From positions 540,001 through 572,000 of the forward strand of contig CAKTSY010000001.1 of the NCBI GenBank assembly GCA_934613415.1: a DNA stretch of 32,000 nucleotides, read 5' to 3'. The position numbers and the translations under genes are program-made. Below the pieces are notes generated by a model. That model was not told where the DNA came from, did not search any database, and was given only the letters and a program-made list of their open reading frames with translations. The stretch comes from an uncultured Opitutales bacterium (GTDB lineage Bacteria > Verrucomicrobiota > Verrucomicrobiia > Opitutales > Intestinicryptomonadaceae). Numbering within the stretch: position 1 is the stretch's first letter; every line of letters starts with the position of its first letter. Shown piece by piece: positions 24,340 to 32,000 of the stretch.

Positions 24340-24822
24340 TTACATTTCGTATTTTGCAAATATTTCGCTTTTAGGCAAAACTTTTATTATTTCGCGCTCG
24401 AAAGGAAAGGCCTCGGCAAAAGTTTGGTCGTTGCAAAAATCCCTTAGGGGGACATATACAAACTGCCTTTCCTTCCACTGCGCGTGCGGAATTTTTAAAG
24501 ACTGCATATTTATGCGCGTTTCGCCGTAAAAAATTATGTCTAAATCTATCGGGCGCGGCGCGTTCCTAAAAGTGTTAACGCGCCCCATTTTTTTCTCTAT
24601 TTGCTTTAAGAAGCAAAGCAACTCGAAAGGCGCGCATAGCGTAGTTCCAAAAACCGCCCCGTTAAGGAAATCGCCCTGGTCTAGGTAGCCTACGGGCTTT
24701 GTTTCGTATATGCGCGACTTTTTTAAAACTCCTACCTTTTCGGATAACGCCGCAAGCGTGTTTTGCAAATTTGCAAGCCTGTCGCCCATATTCGAGCCCA
24801 TTGCTATTACGCAGTATGTCAT
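24340..24822 (-). CDS. folK: 2-amino-4-hydroxy-6-hydroxymethyldihydropteridine pyrophosphokinase (HPPK)
   Basis: Motifs IAMGSNMGDR, YETKPVGY, RPIDLDII, IPH and R.FV are present. Confidence 0.9.
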   Translation of the reverse strand: MTYCVIAMGSNMGDRLANLQNTLAALSEKVGVLKKSRIYETKPVGYLDQGDFLNGAVFGTTLCAPFELLCFLKQIEKKMGRVNTFRNAPRPIDLDIIFYGETRINMQSLKIPHAQWKERQFVYVPLRDFCNDQTFAEAFPFEREIIKVLPKSEIFAKYEM

Positions 24823-25181
24823 TGCCTATGCCTGTTTATTTTTACCGCAATTTTCGAAAGCCCGAAATTTTTTTCGCATAAAAGTTTGCGCAGCTGCAGT
24901 TCAATGCTCTGAATTTTGTCGAAATTAAAAAACAAATCCTGCGCGATTTTTTCGGCAAGGCTTTCTATTAAATTGTATCTGGTATTTGCAACGGTTTGCC
25001 TTACGCATTCTATAACGCTAGGGTAGTCTACACTGTCAGAAAGCGAGTCGCTTTTTGCGCATTTGCCGAAATCGAAACCGAGTTTTAGCGATACGTTAAA
25101 ATCCTGCGCGTGCAGTTTTTCCTCTTCGGTGCACCCGCAGCTGCCCGATGCTATAATTCCCTCTAAAATAAGCTCGTCCAT
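24819..25181 (-). CDS. folB: Dihydroneopterin aldolase
   Basis: A 120-aa protein with GCTEEEKLHAQDFNVSL, SDSLSDSVDYPSV and LIESLAEKIA motifs, sitting between folP and folK. Confidence 0.8.
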   Translation of the reverse strand: MDELILEGIIASGSCGCTEEEKLHAQDFNVSLKLGFDFGKCAKSDSLSDSVDYPSVIECVRQTVANTRYNLIESLAEKIAQDLFFNFDKIQSIELQLRKLLCEKNFGLSKIAVKINRHRQ

Positions 25182-25187
25182 TTTATG

Positions 25188-26018
25188 CTATTTGTTTTGC
25201 AGCAAAAACAAGTCCAGACAAATTTTTGCCGCCCTTACATTGTGTGTTCTAAAAATATCCGCTCCGCATTTTGCCAGCGCAAAAGCGTAGGCTGCAATAG
25301 TCGCAAAATCCAAATCGCCCAGGTTTAAGCCCGCAACTTTTTTTAGTGTAGACTTTCGCGAAACGCCCAGCAAATGTGGATATTCCAGCTCGGAATAGTC
25401 GCATATATTTTTAAGTATGTCGATGTTTGTTTCGGCATTTTTGTTAAACCCGAAACCGCAGTCTATAATTATGTCGCTTTTTGGCATACCGCATTCTTGT
25501 GCGATTTTGGCGGAATCTAAAAGGTCTTTTACAACGTCTTTTGCAAAAGTGCGCGGCTTGTTGTGGGTTATAACAACGGGACACTTAAGCTCGGCACAGG
25601 TTTTATACATATTTGTTTCGTCACGCGCGCAGTCGAAAGCCCCGCCAAAAACATCGTTTACAATGTCGGCTCCTTCGCCTACCGCGTAGCGTGCAACGTC
25701 TTCTTTATAGGTATCTACCGAAATGCAAATGTCGGGAAAGTTTTTTCTTAAATCCGGCAAAATTTCGGAAAGGCGTTTTACCTCCTCTTCGGCGGAAATT
25801 CTAAGCGAGTTGGGCCTTGTAGATTCGGCCCCCAAATCTATAATTGCAGCCCCCTGCAAAATCATTTCCTCGGCGTGCTTTAACGCCGAAGTTTTGTCGA
25901 AATACTTGCCGCCGTCGGAAAACGAGTCGGGAGTAAAGTTCAATATGCCCATAATTTGGGGCGTATCTAAACTTATAAAGCCCGAGTTGTGCGGCGTTCT
26001 AATTTTTAGATTTTTCAT
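25188..26018 (-). CDS. folP: Dihydropteroate synthase
   Basis: Motifs IMGILNFTPDSFSDGG, IIDLGAESTRP, SVDT, DIVNDV and GVSRKS are present. Confidence 0.9.
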   Translation of the reverse strand: MKNLKIRTPHNSGFISLDTPQIMGILNFTPDSFSDGGKYFDKTSALKHAEEMILQGAAIIDLGAESTRPNSLRISAEEEVKRLSEILPDLRKNFPDICISVDTYKEDVARYAVGEGADIVNDVFGGAFDCARDETNMYKTCAELKCPVVITHNKPRTFAKDVVKDLLDSAKIAQECGMPKSDIIIDCGFGFNKNAETNIDILKNICDYSELEYPHLLGVSRKSTLKKVAGLNLGDLDFATIAAYAFALAKCGADIFRTHNVRAAKICLDLFLLQNK

Positions 26019-27222
26019 CTTTAATATAGTGCGCCAAACTTTCTATGGCGGCATCGTATTTTTGCGAATTAAATTTTGATTTTAAGTCGGTTAAAAGCTG
26101 CAATGCCGTTTTGTAGTCGCCAATTTCGACTGCAATTTTCGCAAGCATTGTAGTTGCGCTTTTATAAAAGGCTTTGTCGAAGGTAGCCTTAGAATAATAA
26201 TATTGGGCTTTTGAATATTTTTTTTGGGCGTATAAAACATAGCCCATTTGGCACATAATTTCGGCGGTAGGTTCGGCGGTTTGCAAAAACGCGCGCTCAA
26301 AAGATTTTTCGGCATTTTCAAACAAACCTTTGCCGCCATAGGCAATGCCCTTTGCTGTGTTGCCAAAAAATGTGTCGGGCGCAATTTTAAGGGCAATCTC
26401 GTATTCGCCGGCTTTTGCAAGCAAAAGCGAAATTCTGCCAAGCCTTTCGGGCGCAACGGCTTTGCCTGCATTTTTGTATGCGTCTACAGCAAAAGAATAC
26501 ATTTGAAGATTAAAATATAAGTCGCCCATGACGGAGTAGTCGTCGGCGTTTGCAAGGTTTAGGCTTTGCAGGCTTTTTATTGCGGCAAGCGCGTTTTTAT
26601 AGTCGCCAATTTTCGTGTAGGCGGCGCACAACATACGCCAGCTTTGCGCATCGCTTTTGTCGAGCAACACAAGCTCTTTTGCCTGAGCTATGCACTTTAC
26701 GTTTTCGCCCAGTTGCGAAAGGCAATATAGCCTGTTTTTCTTCAGCAAAATGTCGCTTTCGTCCAGCATTATTGCGTTGTTTAGGGCAAAAAGCGCGCTT
26801 AAATAATCGCCGCTTTGCATATGACAAAGCGCAATGCACTTATACATATCGGCGTCTAGCGAAGATGTTTTTGAAACCTTTGCCGCATACTGCAACGCTG
26901 TTTTATAGTCGCCAACCTTTGCGCATTCGTAAGTAGCGTTTTTTAAGGCCGCCGTAAATTCGGGCATAATTTTAAGCGCGCGTTCGTAATAGGCAATTGC
27001 CCTTTTATGCTCGTTATGGCTTGCGCATATATTGCCCATATTAAACAAAATTGCGGGCGAATTTTCGCAATGCTTTTCCATATATTCCAACGCCTCGTTT
27101 TTGTCGGCAAATTGAGCCGCCTTTTTTATAACGGCAGCCTCGCTTGCGTCTATTTTTGGAGAATCGGCAAAAGAGCTAAAAAACGCAAACAGCGCAAAAA
27201 GTATAAATGTTATTTTTTTCAT
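25999..27222 (-). CDS. Secreted tetratricopeptide-repeat protein (TtpD-like position in a TonB2-type module)
   Basis: The signal peptide is MKKITFILFALFAFFSSFA. Multiple A..Y..A-type TPR units are present (e.g. AIAYYERALKIMPEF). There is an ATGA overlap with tonB. Confidence 0.7.
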   Translation of the reverse strand: MKKITFILFALFAFFSSFADSPKIDASEAAVIKKAAQFADKNEALEYMEKHCENSPAILFNMGNICASHNEHKRAIAYYERALKIMPEFTAALKNATYECAKVGDYKTALQYAAKVSKTSSLDADMYKCIALCHMQSGDYLSALFALNNAIMLDESDILLKKNRLYCLSQLGENVKCIAQAKELVLLDKSDAQSWRMLCAAYTKIGDYKNALAAIKSLQSLNLANADDYSVMGDLYFNLQMYSFAVDAYKNAGKAVAPERLGRISLLLAKAGEYEIALKIAPDTFFGNTAKGIAYGGKGLFENAEKSFERAFLQTAEPTAEIMCQMGYVLYAQKKYSKAQYYYSKATFDKAFYKSATTMLAKIAVEIGDYKTALQLLTDLKSKFNSQKYDAAIESLAHYIKDEKSKN

Positions 27223-27917
27223 TTTAAAATTCTAAATGGAATTGGCAGCGTAAAGCGCGCCCTTACCGGTTTGCCGTTAATTGTGGGGGGTTCGTAGCGC
27301 AGTTTTTGCGCGGCATAAATTGCCTGTTCGGCAAATTCTGCATAGTCGCTTTTTTCAACTTTTTCTACGCTTAAAAGGCCGTTTTCGTCTATAACCACAA
27401 CAAGAACAACCGTACCTTGTATACCCCTTTTTAAAAGATTTTTTGGATAGTTTATTTTAACCGAGTTTAGCCTTTTTGGAATTTTGTCGAGCGAGGCGAG
27501 TTCAAAAATTTGCATAGAATATCTTTTTGCATCGCCCCTTTGCATTGAAAGGCGCAAAGCGTCGGAGTTGTCTGCTGCGTTAAATTCGCCAAAGACCGCA
27601 TATTTGCCGCTGCTTGCCAACGAAATTTGCGCCGGCTGCATTTGCATTTTTTGCAGATTTACCTCTAAAGGCGGCGTTTTAAAACTTGCAGTTTTTTCGG
27701 CTGCAATGTCGCAAAGCAACTTGTCTGGCGGCGTTTGTTTTCTTTGCAATGCCTTGGGCTTTTGCGCAATCGAAAACGAAATTCTTTGCTTTTGTTCGGG
27801 CTTTGCAACGGGGCTAGCATTCAGCAAAAGATGCAGCAAAAGCACAAATATAAGCGAAAGAAAAAGCGGTAGCATTCTCTTTAAGCGCATAAAAAGTTTT
27901 TGCCTAGACATTTTCAT
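27219..27917 (-). CDS. tonB: Energy transducer TonB
   Basis: It has an N-terminal TM anchor (LPLFLSLIFVLLLHLLL) and a Lys/Pro/Gln-rich spacer. The TonB C-terminal domain is YPKNLLKRGIQGTVVLVVVIDENG...YEPPTINGKPV. Confidence 0.8.
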   Translation of the reverse strand: MKMSRQKLFMRLKRMLPLFLSLIFVLLLHLLLNASPVAKPEQKQRISFSIAQKPKALQRKQTPPDKLLCDIAAEKTASFKTPPLEVNLQKMQMQPAQISLASSGKYAVFGEFNAADNSDALRLSMQRGDAKRYSMQIFELASLDKIPKRLNSVKINYPKNLLKRGIQGTVVLVVVIDENGLLSVEKVEKSDYAEFAEQAIYAAQKLRYEPPTINGKPVRARFTLPIPFRILK

Positions 27918-28315
27918 TTTTGCTTTTCGGCAAGCACAAACACGTCTTTTATGCCGACCCTTTTTGCGGCGTCCATTAAGGCCACCAATTCGCGCACGTT
28001 TGCCGAAGAATCTGCATCTATCAGCAAAACGGGGGTTTCTTTGGCTTTTTTAGCCAACTGCTTTTCTATAAAGGCCAATTTTTGCTCTTTGGAATTTAGG
28101 TAGTAGCGACCCAGTTTGTCTATTAAAACCGTAATTTTGCCGCCTTTGGGCTGCTGGGCTTCGGTGGCTACGGGGCTTTCTATTTGCAGCGCGCTTTTGC
28201 GCGAAAACGCCGTTGCCACCGCAAAAAATATCAGCAAAATAAACATTACGTCTATAAGCGGCGAAATGTTTATTTCGCTATCGTTTAATGGCTCGTCTAA
28301 ATCGCGGCGTCTCAT
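27914..28315 (-). CDS. exbD: Biopolymer transport protein ExbD/TolR
   Basis: A 133-aa protein. INISPLIDVMFILLIFF contains the conserved TM Asp. Confidence 0.9.
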   Translation of the reverse strand: MRRRDLDEPLNDSEINISPLIDVMFILLIFFAVATAFSRKSALQIESPVATEAQQPKGGKITVLIDKLGRYYLNSKEQKLAFIEKQLAKKAKETPVLLIDADSSANVRELVALMDAAKRVGIKDVFVLAEKQK

Positions 28316-28794
28316 AATGCACCCCCGTTTTTTTTGCGGGGCAAAGCCGCATTTTGCAAATTACCGGCCAAGCGCGTTTTTAAATATTTTGCGCAAAAAA
28401 CGAACACGAACGACGGCAGCGACAATACCAAACCCGCCTGCGTTGTAAGCAATGCCTTTGAAACACCAAGGGCAACAATGTCGTAGCTACCCGAGTTCGA
28501 CACAAAGCAAATTTCCATACCCAAAACAGTGCCCAACAAACCCAACAGCGGCAACGCCGCCGCCAATGCCGCCGCCAATTTAAGCTTTAAATTTACGGCC
28601 TTAAAATATGCAAAATATTTATTTTGCAAACTCCCAAATTCTTCGCTTATGCCCAATTTTTGCACGCTTTTATTTTTGGAATACAACTCTAATATTAGCG
28701 AAAATAAAATGTTGTATAGAACAACCGCCACCGCAAGCATTGCGTAGGCCACAACACCCGAAGTTTCGAAATAATAGGCAAACGAATTTTGCAT
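28312..28794 (-). CDS. exbB: MotA/TolQ/ExbB proton-channel protein (short ExbB)
   Basis: A 160-aa protein with 3 TM helices and the LPLLGLLGTVLGM signature. Confidence 0.85.
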   Translation of the reverse strand: MQNSFAYYFETSGVVAYAMLAVAVVLYNILFSLILELYSKNKSVQKLGISEEFGSLQNKYFAYFKAVNLKLKLAAALAAALPLLGLLGTVLGMEICFVSNSGSYDIVALGVSKALLTTQAGLVLSLPSFVFVFCAKYLKTRLAGNLQNAALPRKKNGGAL

Positions 28795-28797
28795 TCG

Positions 28798-29826
28798 TTA
28801 ATTTCCCTTTTTGTTAAAGTAAAGCTCAAATGCCGCCGATATTTGCCGCATATTTGCCGAAACCGTTTTTGCCCTGCGCGAAATTACCGCAAAAACTATG
28901 TACGACGGAATTGCCAAAACCAGGCCGAATTCGGTTGTAATTAAAGCTTCGCCTATGCCGCCGCCAAGCATATCGGCATTTACACCGCCGTATAACGACA
29001 ACGCCGAAAAGGTTTTTATTATTCCCGTTATAGTACCCAAAAGCCCCAACAGCGGCGCAACCGAAGCGGTAATTGAAACTATCGGCAAAAACGAGCACAA
29101 CTTTGAATTGCCTTCAAATTCCAGCGCATACGCCTTTTCAATAACATAGTCTTTGCCGAAAGATACGCTTTCGAGCAAATCGCACGCAAATTTTGCGTAA
29201 AATTTCGGCAGATTTTCTGCGGCTTTTTGCGCCGATTGCAAGTCGCCTTTTTTTAGACTTTCGGAAAGCGCGTTTACTAATTCGCCTTTTATGCCGCCAA
29301 CAGAATATATGCGTATTGCAGAATATAGCGCGGCAAAAAACGCCAAAACCGCAAAGAAAGCTATTGGGTAAACCCATATGCCGCCGCGTTCGAATTTTTC
29401 GGCAAACGACATGGGCTTTTCGTCGGCAAACTTGCCCGCGCTTAAATCTATGCAAACGCCGCTTTTTTGCGCTGAATTTTCGCCCGTGGCATATAGATAT
29501 TTTTGCGGAAACCGCGAAAGCTTTTCAAAATTGGCCGCGCCGTTTTTTAGATCGAAAACAACGGCATCTAAAGCGTCTAGCTGCTGCAAAGTTTTTTCTA
29601 TTCGGCTTTCAAGCTCGGCATTTTGCCCCGACAAAAAATCTAAATTTGGAGTTTTGTTGTCGTTTAACTGCGCTTTTAAGGAATCTATCTTTTTATATGC
29701 TTCGTCTTCGCGTTGCGACAAACTTGCCATTGTTTTTTCGAAACTTTGCGCGGTTGTGTGCTGCGTTTTTGCAACGCCGCTTTGCAAAAAGCAAAGGCAA
29801 AAAAGTATGTATAGAACAATTTTCAT
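28798..29826 (-). CDS. Long MotA/TolQ/ExbB-family protein with a signal peptide and periplasmic coiled-coil N-terminal extension (TtpC-like)
   Basis: The C-terminal half has APLLGLLGTITGIIKTF plus 3 TM helices. The N-terminal ~150 aa are secreted and coiled-coil. This is the second ExbB paralogue in the same module. Confidence 0.8.
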   Translation of the reverse strand: MKIVLYILFCLCFLQSGVAKTQHTTAQSFEKTMASLSQREDEAYKKIDSLKAQLNDNKTPNLDFLSGQNAELESRIEKTLQQLDALDAVVFDLKNGAANFEKLSRFPQKYLYATGENSAQKSGVCIDLSAGKFADEKPMSFAEKFERGGIWVYPIAFFAVLAFFAALYSAIRIYSVGGIKGELVNALSESLKKGDLQSAQKAAENLPKFYAKFACDLLESVSFGKDYVIEKAYALEFEGNSKLCSFLPIVSITASVAPLLGLLGTITGIIKTFSALSLYGGVNADMLGGGIGEALITTEFGLVLAIPSYIVFAVISRRAKTVSANMRQISAAFELYFNKKGN

Positions 29827-30521
29827 TTGCTTTGCTCCAAATATACGGGGGTAATTTTCGCCGCGTTTTGCGCCATATCAAAAAGCCTTTTAATGCTTGC
29901 GTCTTTAATTTCTACCGGAGTTTTGCCGCTCATTTTGCCGCACTCTTTTGTAGACAAAATTTGATAAAAGCTACAGCTTAGACCGAAGGTTAAAAACTTT
30001 GCAGCCTTGCCGTTTAGGGGATACTCGTATAGCTTATATTCTTTAGAATCTGCACAAATGCTTTCTAAAAACGCAATTTTGCGCGAAATTGCCGAAACGC
30101 CGGAGCCTGCAATTTGCGCTTTGTTTGCCTTTGCAGAATATATTTCGTTTAGCGGATAGGGCAAAGTTTTTACATATTCGGCGCACTCGGCAAAAATTTT
30201 TTCGACTGCGTTTGTAAGGATTTGCAACTGCTTTTTGTTGTTTTCCACTTTTTCTAGCAAAAGTTTTTCCGCATTTTTTGCCTTGGCGTTTTCGGATTGT
30301 TTCGCATTTAGCAACTTTTGCATAGCCGCAATTTGCGCGTTTAACGCTTCAAGCCTTGAAGTTAGTTCAACAATCTTTTCCTTTGCCAACAATTCGGTTT
30401 TGGCAACGGCAATTTCCGACTCTACATTTTTTGCGGAATGCTCGAAAAGCGTTTGCGCGCTTTCGCCCAAAAGCGAATGGCAGGCAAGGCAAAGGCAAAA
30501 TGTGGCAAACAAAGCTTTCAT
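29823..30521 (-). CDS. Secreted coiled-coil protein, DUF3450/TtpB-like by architecture and position
   Basis: The signal peptide is MKALFATFCLCLACHSLLG. A long heptad-like region is present (EIAVAKTELLAKEKIVELTSRLEALNAQIAAMQKLL...). There is an ATGA overlap with the TtpC-like gene. Confidence 0.55.
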   Translation of the reverse strand: MKALFATFCLCLACHSLLGESAQTLFEHSAKNVESEIAVAKTELLAKEKIVELTSRLEALNAQIAAMQKLLNAKQSENAKAKNAEKLLLEKVENNKKQLQILTNAVEKIFAECAEYVKTLPYPLNEIYSAKANKAQIAGSGVSAISRKIAFLESICADSKEYKLYEYPLNGKAAKFLTFGLSCSFYQILSTKECGKMSGKTPVEIKDASIKRLFDMAQNAAKITPVYLEQSK

Positions 30522-30524
30522 TTG

Positions 30525-31520
30525 CTAGAACAATATTTTTAAGCTTGCATACGAGTAGCACCGCAACGAGCCCTTTTGGTTTTCAAATTCGTCGCTTTGA
30601 ATCATAAAAGTGTAGTCTAGCTGAATATAATCGTAGCGCAAAGAGGCGCCGAAACGCGCAGTTCCTACCACATATTCTTTTTCCACACTGCGGGGACTAT
30701 GCCTAAAGGCGTTGCCGTCTAAAGTGATATCGTAGCCTACAACTTGGCCTGTCGCCCCCGCAAAAAGATAGGCGTGCCAATTTGCGCCGTTTGTTTTTGC
30801 AATGCCAACGTCTTGAGAATTACTATAGTCTATGCAGCCTGAATCGAAAGAATTGGGCAAATTGTAGCCGAACCTAAGCAGAATGTCGGCTTGCCCCGAA
30901 ACTTTTATGTTGCCCAAGTTTGCAGAACACGAGGCTACAACGTCGCCCCCGAACGAGCCTTTTTGTATTTTATAAACCCTTTCGGCGTGGCGGTAGTTAA
31001 ACAAAAATGCGGGCTCTGTTTCTATTTGGTTGTGCCAGCCCATTGGCCATTTGGCTTCGGTGTTTATGCTGTGCACAAATTTTTGGGTTGCTTCGGCAAA
31101 CGAGTATTTGCCCGTAAGGCCAATATTAAGCCCGAAGCTGTCCAGCGAATTTTCGCGCATTATGTGCGATGTTGCAAAAAAATACAGCAATCCGCAATAG
31201 GGTCTGTCGTCGGCTGGCGGGTTCGGATCGCTAATATCGTAGCCTACATACATTCCCTGCCCAAAGCCTGCGGTTTGAAATTTTTGCGTCTTTGAATTTT
31301 CGTCTATAAAAAGTTCCAACAACTTAAACTGCAGTTTGTTTGCAAGCCAGTCCGAGCCGTTGTCGGTATACGAAAGCCTTACGCCGTTGGTATAGTAGCG
31401 GTCGGTAAAGCCCAAATCGTTTTCGAAGTCTAACGCCAAAACCGATTTGTATTGCTTTTCTTCGGCAAAAACCGATATTGGCAAAAGTACAAAAAATAAA
31501 GCTGCATTTAACCACTTCAT
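30525..31520 (-). CDS. Outer-membrane beta-barrel protein resembling the LpxR/DUF2219 lipid A deacylase family
   Basis: The signal peptide is MKWLNAALFFVLLPISVFA. The N-terminal ALDFENDLGFTDRYYTNGVRLSY matches my recollection of the ..ND.F...DR.YT.G.. family signature. It has an alternating hydrophobic beta-strand pattern and a terminal aromatic residue (..SLKILF). Confidence 0.5.
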   Translation of the reverse strand: MKWLNAALFFVLLPISVFAEEKQYKSVLALDFENDLGFTDRYYTNGVRLSYTDNGSDWLANKLQFKLLELFIDENSKTQKFQTAGFGQGMYVGYDISDPNPPADDRPYCGLLYFFATSHIMRENSLDSFGLNIGLTGKYSFAEATQKFVHSINTEAKWPMGWHNQIETEPAFLFNYRHAERVYKIQKGSFGGDVVASCSANLGNIKVSGQADILLRFGYNLPNSFDSGCIDYSNSQDVGIAKTNGANWHAYLFAGATGQVVGYDITLDGNAFRHSPRSVEKEYVVGTARFGASLRYDYIQLDYTFMIQSDEFENQKGSLRCYSYASLKILF

Positions 31521-31533
31521 AATACGCGACTAT

Positions 31534-32000
31534 ATGAGAATAAGCTCTGGATTGGCAAGAGGATTCAACCTAAAAAGCCCCAAATCGGACAAAACCAGAC
31601 CCGCCACCGACGCTGGCAGGCTTGCGCTGTTTTCGTCGCTGGCAAACGCGGTAGAAAACGCAGCCGTGCTAGACCTTTTTGCGGGAACGGGAGCCTACGG
31701 GCTTGAAGCTTTAAGCCACGGGGCAGTTTCGGCGACTTTTGTGGAAAAAGACAAAGTAGCCCTACAGTGCCTAAAGGCAAATTGCAGCGGCATTACCTCC
31801 TACATAAAAAACGCCGACATAAAAATAAGCGCGTGCGACTGCTTTAAGTTTAAAAGCACCCAAAAATTCGACTTTATATTTTTAGACCCGCCCTACCCAC
31901 TGCTGCTGGCAAATGCGGCAGAAATTTTTAAACTTGTAAAAGGGCTGTGCTCTACAAACACAACCGTTGTGCTAGAAGCCCCGTTTGAATTTACACCCCC
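31534..32000 (+). CDS. rsmD: 16S rRNA (guanine966-N2)-methyltransferase RsmD, N-terminal ~155 aa; the 3' end is beyond the window
   Basis: This gene is not in the ORF track because no stop is reached. My translation from the ATG at 31534 is MRISSGLARGFNLKSPKSDKTRPATDAGRLALFSSL...VLDLFAGTGAYGLEALSHGA...FIFLDPPY. These are the RsmD hallmarks: RP.T, the SAM-binding DLFAG.G and DPPY. Confidence 0.85.
   Translation, partial: MRISSGLARGFNLKSPKSDKTRPATDAGRLALFSSLANAVENAAVLDLFAGTGAYGLEALSHGAVSATFVEKDKVALQCLKANCSGITSYIKNADIKISACDCFKFKSTQKFDFIFLDPPYPLLLANAAEIFKLVKGLCSTNTTVVLEAPFEFTP

Noticed and set aside
27484-28053. A 189-aa + strand ORF antisense to tonB and exbD.
   Set aside because: It is a shadow ORF with no motifs. 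It overlaps genes that have clear family signatures and ATGA coupling.
29193-29981. A 262-aa ORF on the + strand spanning the ttpC-like/ttpB-like junction, the longest 'extra' ORF in the track.
   Set aside because: It is entirely antisense to two well-supported genes. Its product is Arg/Lys/Cys/Phe-rich low-complexity (RRQTCPRLNLCKRRFF...) with no recognisable motif. This is typical of shadow ORFs opposite genes with strong codon bias.
1-32000. A scan for CRISPR arrays, tRNA or rRNA genes, IS elements or transposases, integrases, toxin-antitoxin pairs and known defence genes.
   Set aside because: None was found. Non-coding DNA is limited to a few gaps of 173 nt or less. Every ORF longer than 90 aa on the coding strands has a housekeeping or envelope-related assignment. 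The region reads as core genome rather than an accessory island.

Overview
This is a dense, almost gap-free chromosomal core region of a diderm, LPS-making bacterium. I cannot assign taxonomy from sequence alone. I support about 34 protein-coding genes. I found no rRNA, tRNA, CRISPR array, IS element, integrase or phage genes. The window has four parts.

(A) 1-13017 (+) is a translationally coupled dcw (division/cell-wall) cluster: murE' (5' end off-window)-murF-mraY-murD-[triple-LysM protein]-ftsW-murG-murC-ddl-ftsQ-ftsA-[ftsZ-like].

(B) 13022-19452 holds a Dabb-domain gene and cca. It also holds a convergent ion-transporter-superfamily membrane protein, transcribed divergently from a GAF/AAA+/Fis-HTH sigma-54-type activator. 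sixA and a GtrB/ArnC-type GT2 follow.

(C) 19555-31520 (-) is one co-directional array of 15 genes spanning about 12 kb: LpxR-like outer-membrane protein, a Vibrio-TonB2-style module (DUF3450/TtpB-like, long MotA/ExbB TtpC-like, exbB, exbD, tonB, TPR/TtpD-like), folP-folB-folK, rsmI, a Ppx/GppA-family gene, obg, an lpxC-fabZ fusion and lpxA.

(D) 31534-32000 (+) is the 5' part of rsmD.

I see no defence island or mobile accessory system. The most unusual element is the gene in the ftsZ position. It encodes only about 249 aa. It looks like an FtsZ N-terminal remnant with an eroded tubulin signature and no T7 loop or C-terminal domain, yet it keeps the FtsA-binding C-terminal peptide.

Secondary oddities:
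- an approximately 80-aa poly-acidic tail on MurF
- a LysM/PQ-rich protein inserted between murD and ftsW
- an enhancer-binding protein whose GAFTGA motif reads GAFEGA
- a perfect 18-bp palindrome in the only sizeable gap of the 15-gene array

All functional calls come from motif recognition by eye in the supplied translations. No database searches were run.
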